A stretch of DNA of 63,155 bases, counting the filler, from Reclinomonas americana ATCC 50394 (Eukaryota), in the NCBI GenBank assembly GCA_048213135.1. It is 12 parts of 12 records of this genome, joined end to end, with 100 filler letters (N's around TTAATTAATTAA, not from the genome) between each part and the next. Parts side by side here need not be neighbours in the genome. Positions count along the whole stretch, not along the records: positions 35,107 to 46,151 come from AFZH01019700.1; positions 46,252 to 49,588 come from AFZH01019701.1; positions 49,689 to 50,859 come from AFZH01019702.1; positions 50,960 to 55,818 come from AFZH01019703.1; 8 more parts are not named here. One strand, 5' to 3'. The first letter of the stretch is position 1; each line of letters opens with the position of its first letter. Made by a program: the position numbers and the translations under genes. Of this stretch, positions 38,101-52,103 are shown in pieces. A model generated the notes under the pieces. It was not told where the DNA came from, did not search any database, and saw only the letters and a program-made list of their open reading frames with translations.

Positions 38101-41100
38101 CACGGTGCTGCCTGGACGCAAGATCTTTGTGTCCGAGGGTGTATTCGCCGCCGGCCGCAATGTCAACTTGCGCACCCGCGGAAAAGCGCTGGAGGTCTGC
38201 TGCTGTTGATTGCCAGTCCGACCAGTTTGTCTCGACTCTTGCTGACTGTTTGCTGCGCGTGTGTGCACAGATGGTGGGTGCGGGGCCCGACAAGACGTTT
38301 ATCGATGGTGTCGGTCTCTTTGGTGGATTCATCTTTACCAACGAGTCACCGAATACCATCATCAGTCAGCTGTCGATTATCAACACTGTGGGCACGCGCG
38401 GTAGTGCCCTCATTTTCACCGACACGGCATCGCCAGTCATCCGCGACGTCAACATTAACAACGCGGTGACTACCGTGTCCGGTGGTGCGGTGTACGTGGC
38501 CGGCAGCGCCTCCCCGCTCTTGCAACGAGTTAAGATCGAGCAGGCGAAGAGTGTGCTGGGTGGTGGTTCGTATTTGATTCTTCTACGTATGTGTCGTGTA
38601 GTGGCTGCGAGACTCACTACTGGTTGTTGTTTGTTTGTTTTTTGCGCAGCCGTGCACTGCGTCTCCACTGGAACACCTGTGTTTGATCAGTGCACCTTTG
38701 ACAACAACACGGCAACCTCTGGTGGCTCCGTATACGTGGACACCTCCAGTCCTGTGATATCAAATTCCGCGTTCAGTGGTGCGCCAGTGTGTGTGAAATA
38801 TCTCGCTCGCGATGTTTTTGCTCAATTCACTTTTTTCATGCCTCGACAGCCAACTACGCGACGACTGGCGGAGCAGGGTACTTTGTGTCCTCCAGTGCAC
38901 GTATCGATCATGGCACATTTGATAGCAATTCGGCAGACCGCGGTGGCGCACTGTATGCCACCGGATCATCGCTGGTGGTTTCGACTTGTACGTTCACCAG
39001 CAACACCGCTGTCGGAAATCAAGCGGCCTCGGAGCCAGCCGATGGTGGTGCGTTGCAGATCAAAACACAACACATGATCCTTCTATTTTTTGTTGCTGAA
39101 GAAAATGTGCACGCGCAAATGTGGCAGGTGGTGCCGTGTACTTGCTGGGCGGTGCGGGCACATTCACGAGTCTGACCATGAATGGCAATTTTGCCACACG
39201 AAGCATGGGCGGTGCGCTGCAAATCTCCTCGGGTAGCACCGCGGTGGTGGACAACTTGATTGCATCCTCCAACACAGCGATCAAGTTGCGTTCATCTCTC
39301 AGGATCGCTGCTACTGTGCACGTTGCTCATCTTTCGCCTACACAGTGGCGGCGCCGTCTACGTGCGACGCAGTGCTCCGCATATTATGCGCTCGGAGATT
39401 GTGTCGAACAAGGCCACGCAGGCGGGTGGCGGCATGTCGATTCGTGATGCGCTTGACACGTCGCGTGTGGAGCTGTCGTCGACATTGATCCGTGCAAACG
39501 ACGCTCCCATTGGTGGCGGTATCGATTTGGAGTCTGAGGTAGGCATCAGGAGTTAGCTCATCGCTGTACAAGCGTCGCTCTCACGTCCTCTATTATTTTT
39601 TGACTGTCATCAGTGTCTGGCGGTTATCTCGGTGTCGCAATTGGAAAAGAACACGGCTGTGCAGGGTGCCGGCGCCTCGGTGCGCTTCTTCAGCGCTCTG
39701 GAGATTATCGACAGCACGTTCTTCAGCAATGTGGCTCTAGAGAGTGGTGGCGGGCTGTACTCCACCACCGCCACTGTCACCGGCACTCTGATCTCAGCGT
39801 CGCAGAACAAGGCCGTCAATGGTTCGCGCGTGTGCATTTGTGGATATCTGTGTGTGTGACGGCTGACAAAAAAGTACGCGCTCGCAGGCGGTTTCATGTA
39901 CCTGCTGGCACAGGCGACGGCCACGCTCACCAAGTCAGACATTCGCCGGAACACGGCCTCGAGTGGTTTGTGCTCGTGGGAACGGTCTGCACAAGATTTT
40001 GTACTCACGTATCGCAATAGGTGGTGCCGTGTACTCGTCTTCGTCGGAGTTGCACATGACGGACTCGACGCTCGCCGACAACACTGGCGACGAAGGCGGT
40101 GCTATTTTCACGGTGTCGGCCGATTCCACTCTGACGGGAGTCACGGTGTGTAATTTGTGTGTGTCTCTCGATGTGACAAGGTGTCAGCATCTCATGAAAC
40201 ACACAGATGCAACGCAACACCGCCACCTCGCAAGGTGGCGGCATCAGCACTGTGTCTTCTCTCCTGCAGCTCATCTCGTCCACGGTGTCTGCCAACGTGG
40301 CGGTGCAATCGGGTGGCGGTGGTCACGTGGTCTCCTCGTACGTCACGATTACGGAGACGCTGGTGGAATCCAACACTGCCGGTGGCGTCGGTGGTGGCAT
40401 GTTTGTTGATGCCACCACGCTGGTCGCCACTCGACTCACGGCCAAGGTGAGCACAAAGAATGGGAGAGTTGTTTTGGGCACGTGACGTGACATTCATCAC
40501 TTGGTGTCGCAGAGCAACTCGGGAACCGGAAGCCAGCTGGTGGACGGCGGATGCTTCTTTGTCGTGCTGTCCAGTGTCACCATTCAAGATTCGTCGTTCT
40601 CGTCCAACAACGCCAATCGGTACGTCACTTGTCAGAGATGCAGGTGTACTGCAAGTAGCTGCTGACTCGCTCATTCTCTGTCGCAGTGGTTCCTGTGTGT
40701 TCTGTCTGAACGGACTCGGCGTGCTCAGTCTGCTCTCGACATCGTTCCAGCAGAACAGTGCCACCGTGTCCGGTGGTGCAGTGTACGCCGACGGATGCGT
40801 GACCAGCATGCAGCTGAGTTCGTTTACAAGCAACAAGGCCATCACCGGAGGCGCTGCCTTGTTCCGCATCGCCTCTGATTTGCGTATCGACACTTCGTCG
40901 TTCACATCGAATTCGGCGGAGAAGGACGGCGGAGCCTTGTACCTGGAGTCCATGCCCGGCAACGTCAACATCACCAACAGCGACTTTTTCTCCAACTCGT
41001 GTGGTCAGTCGGGAGGAGCCATCTCGGCCGTCGAGGTATGAACCCTCCTCCTCCGCCCCGCGTGCAGGGAATGAGTTGGTGAGTGTGTGAGAGAGGTGCT

Positions 41101-44100
41101 GAATGGTGTCTTGGCAAATCTCAGGTGAAACGGCTGACGATTTCCGGCACTCGTTCCACCACGTCGACACTGGCGGCCCTCGGCTTCTCTGCGTTGTCTT
41201 CCACCTCGTTCTCCTCTTCGTCATCGTCGCACTTGGCCATCCGCGGTGGCAGTCGTAGCGGTTGGGCACAGCGGGCTGCAGCGTCGCCTTTTGTCAGCAG
41301 CCGCAGTCAGCTCTGCTCAAAGGGCACATTCTCGTTCAACTCGGCGACGTTTGGCACCGGCTATGGTGGCGGACTGTCGGCCCTGGGCACCACAGTGGAT
41401 CTGCAGAATGCGTGCTTCGACAACAACATGGCCATTCGCGGCGGTGCCGTCGCCATTCGGTGCTCCGGTTACACGTCGTGTCAGTCGTCGGTTGTCACCG
41501 GCATTTATACGCACAACAATGCCACCAGCGGGTCAGTGCTTGTGGTCCCTCTTCTGCGTCTGACCTGGCATTCTTGCAGACTTGCTTACTCTTTCTTTCT
41601 GGGGCTCTCACACAGTGGCGGCGGTGTGTTCTGGGACACTCAGAAGCCGGTGATTGATTCGCGCGCCGCCTTCCAGGACAACCAGGCGGCATACGGCGCG
41701 TCGTACACGTCTCGTTGCGTCCGTGTTCTACAATGTAGCCTGTGTACTGCTGGAACTCACCTGGTGCACTCAGCTCCGCAACTGGTCCGCGTTTTGCGTG
41801 GCGCTGACATTGGCGAGGTGTCGAGTGGCGAGGCGTTCCCGGCAATCATTGAGGTCGCGGTCATCGATGCCTACGGACAGGTGTGTCTCGTGTCCAGTGT
41901 TTGTGACGCTACTTTGTCTTGTGCATCACTCTCAACGCACAACTCCGTCTCTCCCACGATTTGCAGGTGATTCGCGACGGTGTGGACGTGCGACTGACGG
42001 CTGAGACCTCTGGCCGCGTAAACGTCATTGGCGGTCGCACGGCGGTGGCGGACCGCGGTATTGCGCAGTTTAGCGAGGTACGAGTGATATCAGTGTGTGC
42101 GTACGTATACGTTCTCTCTCATTTCCCTCTCTGCTCACCCGCACACAGCTGGTGGTGCTGGCGACTCCGGGAACCAATACCACCATGACCTTTGCGTCGT
42201 CCAATCTCGCGTCTGACACGATTGAGCTGCGTGTGCGCAAGTGCGGTGCGGGCGAGACTGTCACTGGATCGGTGTGCACGAATTGTCCGAGTGGTGGGTG
42301 GCGACGATTGCTGTGCGGTCTTTCGTAATGTGATTGACTGACTGACTGACTCTTCACGCAGGCTCGTACAACTTGAACGGCAATCTGACGTGCCTCTCGT
42401 GCCCGCTGTACGCCACGTGCCCCGGAGCCACACAAGTGTTGTCGACCAAGGACTACTTTGTTGTGGAGACGCCAGTGGAACAGCCCGACATTGCCAGCAC
42501 GTATCGATGCCCGGAGAATTACTGCCTGGACAACAACACATGCACACAGGACCGTGCTGGCATTCTGTGTGCCGACTGCATCAACGGCAAGATGAACTGG
42601 GGCAAGTCGTGTGCCAGTTGCGTAGCGTGTTTCGTTCGGTGGACAAGGTCGATTGGCTGCCGCGCTCACCTGTCTTTGTGACACAGCCTGCGAGGGCATC
42701 GATTGGCCAATGGTGTTGGCCATTGTCGGTGTGGCGTGGGCGTACGTGGCGCTTCTGGTGTGGCTCGGCAGCTCGTCATCCGGCAAGGTCAAGATTCTCA
42801 TCAACTTTGCACAAACCCTGCAACTGATTGTCGGACCGGAGGTCTCCATCTCGAGTTACTTTGCCTTCCTAAACCTCAAGTACGAGTCCGTCAACTCGGC
42901 GAAATGTGTGGCGCCTCTCAACTTCTACGGCCTCTCGTTCATCGTGGTGCTCTTCCCGGCGCTGTTTGGCTTGCTGGTGCTGGCCACGTGGGCGACCGTC
43001 ATTTTGTGGCGTCGCTACCATCCGTACCTGATTCAGTGCCTGCTGACCACGCGCGAGATTGTGCGCACGCGACGGTGGACGCGGGCTGTCGAGTATGGTG
43101 AGTGATTCGAGAAGGGTGAAGAGAGGGGGGAGGGAGCGAAGGGGGACGAAGGGAGAGGGCGAGAGAGAAAACCAGAGGTGAGTGAGAGAACTTTAAAGTA
43201 ATGGAAGGGAGAGATGTCGTCGAGAGAATTGAAAGAAGGAAAATAAGGAGAAACTGTATGCGAAAGAGGAGGGGACAGTGAGGGAATGCGAGAAAGCAGT
43301 CGTCTCTCCTTTCTTGCAATGCTGGGTGCTCACTCGTCGCCCTTTCGTGTGACAGGTCGTGACTGGCGCAGCCAGGTCACCGTCCTTCGTCGTAGTGTGG
43401 ACGAACGGCTGCGTGCGACGCACGAAGGCACCTATTTGCTCACTGCTGGACGCAAGGACCGCTTCATCAACACGTGGGTGTTCTTGCTCATCTTCAGCTA
43501 CAGTAACATTACGCAGACGGTGCTGCAGTTTGTCAACTGTCGCACCATTGGTCCGTACAAGCTTGTGGCTACGGCGCCTGAGGTATGTGTGTGTGTGTGT
43601 CTTGTCTGGCGCCTGCAGTTGTCGCCAGCGTGATGGACTGAAACATGATACTGCTGCTGTGCAGGTCTCGTGTACCAGTGAGTTGTACCTGCGTTGGCTG
43701 CCCTTCTACTACGTCATGTTGTCGGTGGTGGTCGCACTGGCCCCCGTGTGTTTGCTCGTCTTCCTCGTGTACTCGTTCTTCAAGAGACGACTGGTCTCGG
43801 TCAAGTACCAGCGGCGCATCGGCGTGCTCTTCCAGGTACCGTCTGACCACACTCACCAGTTGCTGAAAATAAGAGTCGGTCTCACTACGTGTCTGCTTGC
43901 GTGCACAACAGGCCTACCGCAAGCTGTACTTTTGGTGGGAGGTCTTCTACGTGCTGCGCCGCACGATTCTCATTGCACTCTATGTGCGCTTCTACGACGA
44001 GCCATTTGTGCGGTCGATTGCGCTGGGTGTGGCGTCGGTGCTGATTGCGGCCGTGCACATTGCCCTCCAGCCGTTCATTGACCCGATGGACAATATTGCC

Positions 44101-46252
44101 GAGACCATTGCACTGTCGTGCCTCGTGGTGTTGTCCATGTTGCAGGGCTCTCGCTTCTCCGAGCTCTTCCTGCAACCGAGCAACATTTTCACGGTCACCT
44201 TTATTGTTGCGTGCAGCGATGAGGCGAGTCGTGACCCCCACTTTGCTTTCAGCGCTCACTCTCTCGTTTGTCTGTTGCGCTCAGGCCATTCCGATCATTC
44301 TGGTGCTCATTCTCATCTTCTGGACCTCGATTCGCCCGGTGTTCTACTGGTTCCTCAAGCAGTGCTGCGGCTACGTGCCCAGCCTGCGTGCCATCAACAC
44401 TGCGGAAGACGGCAAGGAGCCGGCCGACGGCGCAGCTGGTGCGATCACCGACGGACGCTCAGCAAACTCGGCACAAGCAGTTGCAACAGCGATGCCAGCC
44501 CCGCCCACAACGGCGGCAGGCGGACGCACTCGAGCCAAGGCCGCCTCACCTGCGGCGCTTGCCCGCAACATGTCCTTGGGGGCGGCACGTCCGAGCGACC
44601 GGCCCGACGATGCTATTGTGCTATCGCCGCGCGGTTCCGCTGGTGGCGCGCCAGTCCCGCTGCATCGCATTCACGCGCTGGCGATCAACGACCCGCGAGA
44701 GGAGGGAATCAATATTCTGCGCGAGCTGGATCGTCGCGAACACTTTGACTTGCTGCCTCCGTCGTACGGCATGCCGGCGATTCGCGGTATGCGTCGCGAG
44801 GACGAACTGATGATGGAGGGTGAGCTGCAGAAGCAGCGGAATCCGTTCTTCCGTCGCGACTTTGAGGCGCCGGCGCTGCAGCGTCCGCGAGTGGTGGCCG
44901 GTGTGCCGTCGAAGCCGCTCGACCTGCCGCCGCTGGCACTGCCGATGCGCTTCCAGCGCCCCGCTCCGCCTCTTGCTGGCGTCGGTGGCCTTGCTGCACG
45001 CTTCCGTGCAGAACCACTGCGGCTCGCCGACAACGACGTGGACGACGTGGGTGAGGGTGTGGCACTGGGCGGACGATCGCCGATGCGCACGCTGCCAATG
45101 TTGATACCGCCCGTGTCACCTGCGGGCTTGGGTTTGTTCCCACCAGGTGCCGGCATTCCGTCCACGTTCTCGTTGCCGCGCGGCGACACATATCGCGTGT
45201 TCGATGAGTCGCCCGCGGTGAACGCCAACACGCCGGCAGCCGCGGCGAGCGACAAGCGCAGCCCGCTGTCGCCCATTCGTGTGCCGACCACGCCTCTCGC
45301 CGCCTCGTCTCCGTCGACGTGGCAGTCGCCGACTGCTGCCATTCCAGTGCGCTTTGGCAAGCCGCCGCCGTGGATTCGTGCAGATCCACTGCTGCCGCCG
45401 GTGCCAAAACAAGCCTACACCAATCCACTCCAGGGTATGGATGTCGACGGCATTCTGTTCAACGTGGATCGGAACCAGCGCAGCCCGCTGCCTCCGCCAC
45501 CCGTGCAGCCGTTGCCACCAACTCCGGTGGCCAGCATCAATGTCGGTGCACTCAGCCGGTCGCCCATGCGGCCCGGAGTGCGACGCGTCTTTGACTCGTC
45601 CCAGGTGCCATTCCCGCTGCACCACGCCCTGCAGAGTGACCTCGATGAGAGGGATGATGCTGAGCCGCACGCCCCGCTGCTCGACGACCACGGTTCCGAA
45701 TCGATTGTTGCGTCGTCACCAGCGTGCACTGTTCTTTGTTTTCCTTGTTTCCTATTGTCGTGTGTTGATTGTGCTTTGGCTGCAGCCGTCGGAGATCGAG
45801 ATGGCGAATCCGGTGCGAGGTGTCGACGCCGATGCACTGATGTTTGAGCACGATAGTCGGGTGAGAAATGCTGCTGCGGCAGCGGCGGCGGCGGCGGCGG
45901 CTGCAGAAGCTGTCTCTTCGGCCTCCTCTGCCTCGCCAGTGTCGTCGGATCGAGAGGCGAGTGAGCATCACCCGCTTGTCGCTCCCGCACCTGGTCTCGC
46001 AGTGCCATTGTCCGCATCCATGTCGTCGTCTTCGTCGTCGCTGCCGTCTGTGCCCCCGCTCCTGGCGTCGGAGCACGATGACAGCGATGACGACTCAACG
46101 GCTCCGGTTCCACCAATGACAGGCGCGGTGATGCCGGCACAACCGGCGTCGNNNNNNNNNNNNNNNNNNNNNNNNNNNNNNNNNNNNNNNNNNNNTTAAT
46201 TAATTAANNNNNNNNNNNNNNNNNNNNNNNNNNNNNNNNNNNNNNNNNNNNG

Positions 46253-46290
<38 letters not shown>

Positions 46291-48601
46291 CTTTCCTCTC
46301 TCTCTCTTCGGTTCTCATCTCGCGTGCATTGGTAGTCGCCGTTTGTGGCCACGACCAATGCCGCACAGTCGATTCCGGTCGACGAGGTCCTCGATGCTCA
46401 CGAGGCCTCCACGCAGCGCCGTGTGCGTCGCCGTCTGCGAGAGGCTCAAGCGGCGGCTGCCAGACAGCAGCAGCAGCAGCAGCAGCAGCAACGGAAGGCA
46501 CCGGTGAGTGATTGGAAGAGAGGAAGGGGGAAGGGGGAGGGGGAGGGGAAGGGAGAGGGAGGGGAAGGGGAGGGGAAGGGGAAAATGTGAAGGGAAAGCG
46601 TGTGATTGAGCGAGGAGAGTGGGAAGGGAAGGGGGAAGGGAAGGGAAAGGGAAGAATGCCAAGGGGAAGAGTGTGATTGAGCGAGGAGAGGGAGAAGGAA
46701 GAGTGGAAAGTGCAGAGAGAGGGGAAGGGGGAAGGGGAAGAATGCAAAGGGGAAGCGTGTGATTGAGCGAGGAGAGAGAGGGAAGGGGATAAATGCGAAG
46801 GGAAAGAGTGTGATTGAGCGAGGAGAGGGGGAACGGGCTAGGGGGAGTGTGGACGCGAAAGGGGGATAAATGCGAAGGGAAAGAGTGTGATTGAGACGGA
46901 ATGTTCAAGAAAGAGATCAATGTCGACGAATGAGTGTGCATCTGGCATGAGGTCATTGTGTGTCAACAAGTGAGAGAGTTGGTGACCGAGTAATTGCGTG
47001 AGAGTGAGCAAAAAAATAGTCGCGGTCAGTGTGTGATTTAGCGTGGGAGTTATTTGCAGAGAGAGCAATATGTGCAAGCGAGTTATGGTGTGAGAGAAAA
47101 CAAGAAGCAGGTCACTGTCAGTACGAGGGAGTCTTAGCACGAGAGAACGCAGTTGTGTCAATGAGTGATTGTGCGAGAGTTAGAGAGAAAGAGGTCTTCG
47201 CAAGTATGTTACAACTTGCAGTGAGGTCGACGTGCGTAGCTATAGCGAGAGCGAATAAACTGGGAGTGGCCCATGCTTGGACTCCTGCTGATGAACTCTT
47301 GATCGCGCACAGACACCGCAAGTTTTGAACGAAGCGTTCTCGCTCCCTGTGGAGGCTGCGCTGGACGACTACAACAGGCAGCGTGACCGTGATGCGCGAC
47401 ATAAGCGCCGAGCGGCGGCCAAACAACATCGCGAGTCGCCTGCGGCCCCGGTGGTGAGTGCAGCAGCACGACCGTCGCCGCCACCACCGGCAGCACCTCC
47501 AGCTGCTCCTCCAGCTGCTCCTCCTGTTGCGTCGTTGTTTATCTTTGGCCATGACCCTGCCTTCCTCGACAGCCCTGTGACCTGTTGTCGTGCAGACGCC
47601 TCAAGTGCTCAATGTGGCTCACTCGCTACCGGTGGACGAGGCTCTCGACACGTACTTGCAGGAGCAGGAGCGTGATGCCCGCCAGCGACGACGTGCCGCC
47701 AACGCCAAGAAGGGCAAACCTGCGGCAGTGGTACGTGTGCACTGCTCCACGCACTCGAGTAACATACGGCTGCATGCTTACTTGCCTCGATCGCCTCGTG
47801 TGTCTGCAGCAGCCGGCAGCCGCACGACCACAAGTTCTACCGCCTCCGCTTCTGTCGGTTGTGGTGAGTACCGTGTTCGGCACGTGCAATGTGCTCTCTG
47901 GATTCCCATTCTCACAAATCCGCAGCCACCGCCTCCTCAGTCGATGCCACTACCACCACCACCACCACCGCCGCTGGCGGCACCACTTTTGGTTTGTGCC
48001 AGTGTGTTTGCTGTGTCTTCCTTACGTTCCTCATCCTGACTGAATCGCCTTCCCGCCACCAGCGTGCTCCACCAGCCGGTCGCCCACCGCAGCCGTCACC
48101 ATCCTTGTCTTCTGTGTCGGTGGCCAACCCGGTGGCGCGACTGCCGATGCATGTGGACGACATTCTGTTTGAGCACGAGATGGAGGCTCGTCGCCGTGAG
48201 CAAGAGATTTTGCGCCAGGCTGGTTTCGATCCACGGCGCCTACATGCCGACGACGCCATGGCTGGCGATTTGGCCACCGACGACTTGCCGGACGGCAGCG
48301 ACTGGGACGACTCCTCCGAGGCGCCACCGACTGGTGCTGCTCGAGGTGCAATGGCGCCAGAAGGTTTGTGGTGTTGTCGAGGGTGCACGCAGGAAGTAGC
48401 AACTGATCTTTTACGTGGTTGTGTTGTGCAGCACCGTCGCGCCAGGGCACACCCAGCCGCGAAGTGCTATCGGCGAACCTGTTGCATGGTCTCGAGGATC
48501 TCAGCGAGGTGGTGGATGGAGTGTTGTGGAATTTGCCGGCGCCGCCGGTCAGTGGCGCCTCGTTTGCCTCACCGGCAGATGAGTCGAGCAATCGTGTGTA
48601 A
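27577..48601 (+). CDS. Giant cell-surface protein: S/T/V/A/G-rich beta-helix-like ectodomain, PMP-type GGA(I/V)/FxxN repeats, Cys-rich region, ~7-TM region, Pro-rich cytoplasmic tail (5' incomplete, spans two gaps)
   Basis: 1116-aa beta-strand-patterned ORF 27599-30949 plus dozens of in-phase short exons. VYVSATGSD...NPCGTLQ at ~37950-38090. Repeated FxxN-GGAVY at 38400-41700. CTNCPSG...CLSCPLYATCPG...RCPENYC...RAGILCADC at 42270-42620. Hydrophobic helices at 42700-44370 (KILINFAQTL, FLLIFSYSNITQTVLQFVNC, YRKLYFWWEVFYVLRRTILI, LQPFIDPMDNIAE). Linkage of 46252-48601 rests on a shared tail motif. Confidence 0.75.
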
Positions 48602-48763
48602 GTGCCAGAGTGTTTTGCATGTGTGAGTGTAGCAGCGACACGTGTCTGTCTGTTCACGCAACGTGGCAACCTTGTGTACTGTGAGGAGGGGAAAGATACA
48701 GAGATAGACAGATAGTCGCACACGATGCTCAAAAAACACAAAAAATGGGTGACAACGCTCCGC

Positions 48764-50859
48764 TCACGGCGAGAAGGGTGCCGTGGTCGTGGGGCTCTCG
48801 TCGTTGCGCTCGGCTGATGAGCCTCTGTGTTGCAGCTTGAGTGACAGTGCCTGTGCGTTGTTGACGGTGGAGTGAGGCGACTGGAGAGGAAACTACAGTG
48901 TGCACAACGCACACACAGTGCAACGCACCTCGACTTCGCGCTCCAGCACGGCCATGCGGCGAATGACAGTCATCCATTCGCTCTCGGAGACACGTACGGT
49001 GGAGGTGGGTGGTGGTGGTTCGCGGTGCACGTGAAGACGCTGCCAGTGACGGCAGTGCACACGCTCGTCATCGTCAACGTTGTCAAAATACTCTGCTGCC
49101 GCCACCACGCCGCTGTGGCCGATCGAATGGTCGCTCGGTTGTGCAGATGTCAGCACGTATGCCGACGATGGTGACGGTGGAGGCGGCGCCACGACAGGTG
49201 GGTAGAGGATGCGCGAGTTGGCCGTGCCGTCGCTGCTGCTCATGCTCTGCTCCATGGCGCCGACGGACGAGAACGACGAGTCGCGGGAACCAATCGAGTC
49301 TGTGGATGAGGTGAGGGTGAGTTGAAGAGGAAGTGGTGGTGGTGGTGGCAGGCCCACTCACCATCGCAGTAGGCCAGCGGAATCGGAGACAGGCAGCCGG
49401 GTTCCACGGAGTCGAGCTCATAGTAGTGGCCGTGGGCGAAGCCGGGGGAGAGGAGCGAGGGGGCGCTGTCGGGCGAGAGGCGGAGGGAGGAGTCGGCGCC
49501 TGGGGGGTGAGCGGGGAGGGGTGAGGGAGGGAGGGGTGAGCGGGGAGGGGAGGGAAGGGAGGGAGAGAGAGAGAGGAGGGAGGGGTGGNNNNNNNNNNNN
49601 NNNNNNNNNNNNNNNNNNNNNNNNNNNNNNNNTTAATTAATTAANNNNNNNNNNNNNNNNNNNNNNNNNNNNNNNNNNNNNNNNNNNNGGAGGAGAGAGA
49701 GAGAGAGGGAGGGGTGAGGGGAAAGATGAAAGAGCATTAACGGAAGGAAGCAGTGGAAACGTGCAGGAGAAAGAAAAGGGGAAGAGATGAAAGAACGGGG
49801 GGTGGGAAAGGAGAATGCAGACAGGCGCAAGGGGGAGAAGAGTGGGTTTTGTGGCAGAAGAGGAACAGATGTGGGCAGCGGAATGGTGAAAGGAGGAGCG
49901 GAAGTAATATAAGGGGAAAGTAACAGACTTTGTAGGAGACGAAAGTAATATGAGGGGCAGTTGAGGTGGGCTGGTGAGAGAGCGAGGATTGGAGAGGAAT
50001 ACAGGGTTGGCGAATGCAGTGGCACAGTGAGGGAGACGAAAAGGTCATGCACGTGCAGTCGCGATTGGTGGTAGCAAGTAGAGACGGAATGGTGCACGAA
50101 ATAAGGAGGAGCGGGAGTAAGGGGAAGTAACAGACTTTGTAGGAGACGAGAGCAATATCGAAAAGTGACATGACAACGACAGCGAGGGCCAGTTGAGGCG
50201 GGGTAGTGAGAGAATGAAGAGTGGAGGGGAGTATCGAGTGGACGAACGCAGTGGCACAGTGAGGAAGACGAAAGGGCAACCTGCAAACGCGAAGTCGCGA
50301 TTGGCCGAAAGCGAGAAATATGTACAGCAGTGCTTGACGAAACTCGGCACACGCATGTCACTGGTGACCATGGGCGGTGGAATGGGTAGCCGCAGTTCTC
50401 CAGGCACACGCAGCGTCGACGACGGCGACAGCTGCACGCCGCTCGGTCCGGCAGTGTGCGGTCGCTGACAAGTGGAGAACAGCATGTCTTCGATGCGCGA
50501 GACGACGGGCGAGTATTGGCGGCGGATGGGTGGTGGAGTGTGATTGGAGGAGGAGACGGAGGAGGCGGAGGAGAGCGCGGGCGGGACGGGCGACGATGGC
50601 CGCGCCGACCAGAAATCGAACAGATCCAGGTGTAGAGTGCGCTTGCTGCGAGCACACGACGGCGTGATCTCTGTGACGCACACATGCGCGTGTGAGCGAC
50701 CCACAAGAAGGATAGTGACAGACAGAGAGACAGCACCTGCGACGCCAGTGCGTGGACTGTGATACTGGTGGTGCACGACTCGGACAAGTGCTGGCTGATT
50801 CGGGACGAGTCGCGCGTTGGTGGCCATTGGTCGCGACACACTCACAGTGGCGGGCACGA
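48764..50859 (-). CDS. Hypothetical Ser/Pro-rich protein fragments (gapped); possibly includes the start of a RhoGAP-like domain
   Basis: Spliceable exons at ~50280-50859 (RVPSFVKHCCTYF) and ~48764-49500 (SESEWMTVIRRMAVLEREVE; stop 48764). Whether both sides of the gap are one gene is unproven. Confidence 0.35.
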
Positions 50860-52103
50860 NNNNNNNNNNNNNNNNNNNNNNNNNNNNNNNNNNNNNNNNN
50901 NNNTTAATTAATTAANNNNNNNNNNNNNNNNNNNNNNNNNNNNNNNNNNNNNNNNNNNNAGTGAGGGAAGGGAGGGAGGGAGGTGAAGAGGGGAGAGGGG
51001 GAGAAGGGGGTGAAGGGGGTGAAGAGGGAGAGAGAGGGGACGGAGAAGGAGAGAGGGGAAAGGGACATCGATGGAGGTGCTGCATGTGTGGCTGTCGGTC
51101 TGGATGGGTACAGGGAGCTTGTTTGTTGTGTGCGTGGTGCTGGTGGAGGACACGAAATATTGAGATAGATTCGTAGATTCTGAGCAAATAAATTGGTATT
51201 GGTTGCTGCGAGAAAAAATGCGCAATCTCAACGGCCGTGGGTGGGGGGCAAGGAGGAGGAGGAGGTGGGTTCGGGAGGAGGCTGGGGTGGGTGCGGGAAG
51301 GGGGGTGGGAGTGGGCAGTGAATTCGACGGTGCAGTGACAGATGTCGATTTGTCAGAAAATTATGCAGTGGTGATGGGACCGCTGTCATCGTGGCTGGTG
51401 AACGTGGGTGTAGTGTGGGTCTATTGCCAGCGGTCTCGAGAGAGAGCCTTCGCTTGCAGTGTAGCTGTTGTCGCGATCGAAATCGATTTCACGTCAATTT
51501 CGTGACGATGATATTGTCATGATCAGTATGTTCGACCGCAACACCTCCACTGCATTCTCCGCTGTCATTGACGTCGCCTGACCCGACGCTGATCTGTTCT
51601 ACAACTGACAGGATGATCGGCCCGCGTCTGACAATTTATATTGTCCGATCAGCCCCGCTCCGCCCCGTTCGCATGCACGCCACGACCCATGGATCCGTGC
51701 ATGGGGCGTGCGCCCCGAGGAGACAGCGAGTGTGCGCTCTTGTGCGTTGCGGTAAGTGTGGTCCAGTTGAAGTCGGCATGCGGTACAATCGCTTGGAGAC
51801 GCGGCAAACGCGACAATGTCTAATTTTTTCAACTGGGCCACACACCGACCACGAACTTTTCTCTCTCTTTCTGCGCGCACAGACCACCACCCACTTTTCT
51901 TCTGCGCTGCACCTGTCGCCTGGTATCGCAGCACTACAGAAGTCTACAGCCTCGCGTGCACGTGTGTGAAGGTGAGTGAGTGTGTGCATGGGTGTGCACG
52001 TGCACGATCGCATTGCGTGTGCTTGCTAGCACTGTTTCCTCTTCACTCTCTACTGGGTGGGAGGGCCGGGTATGTGGGTCACGTTTTGCTGACAGATCCA
52101 CGT

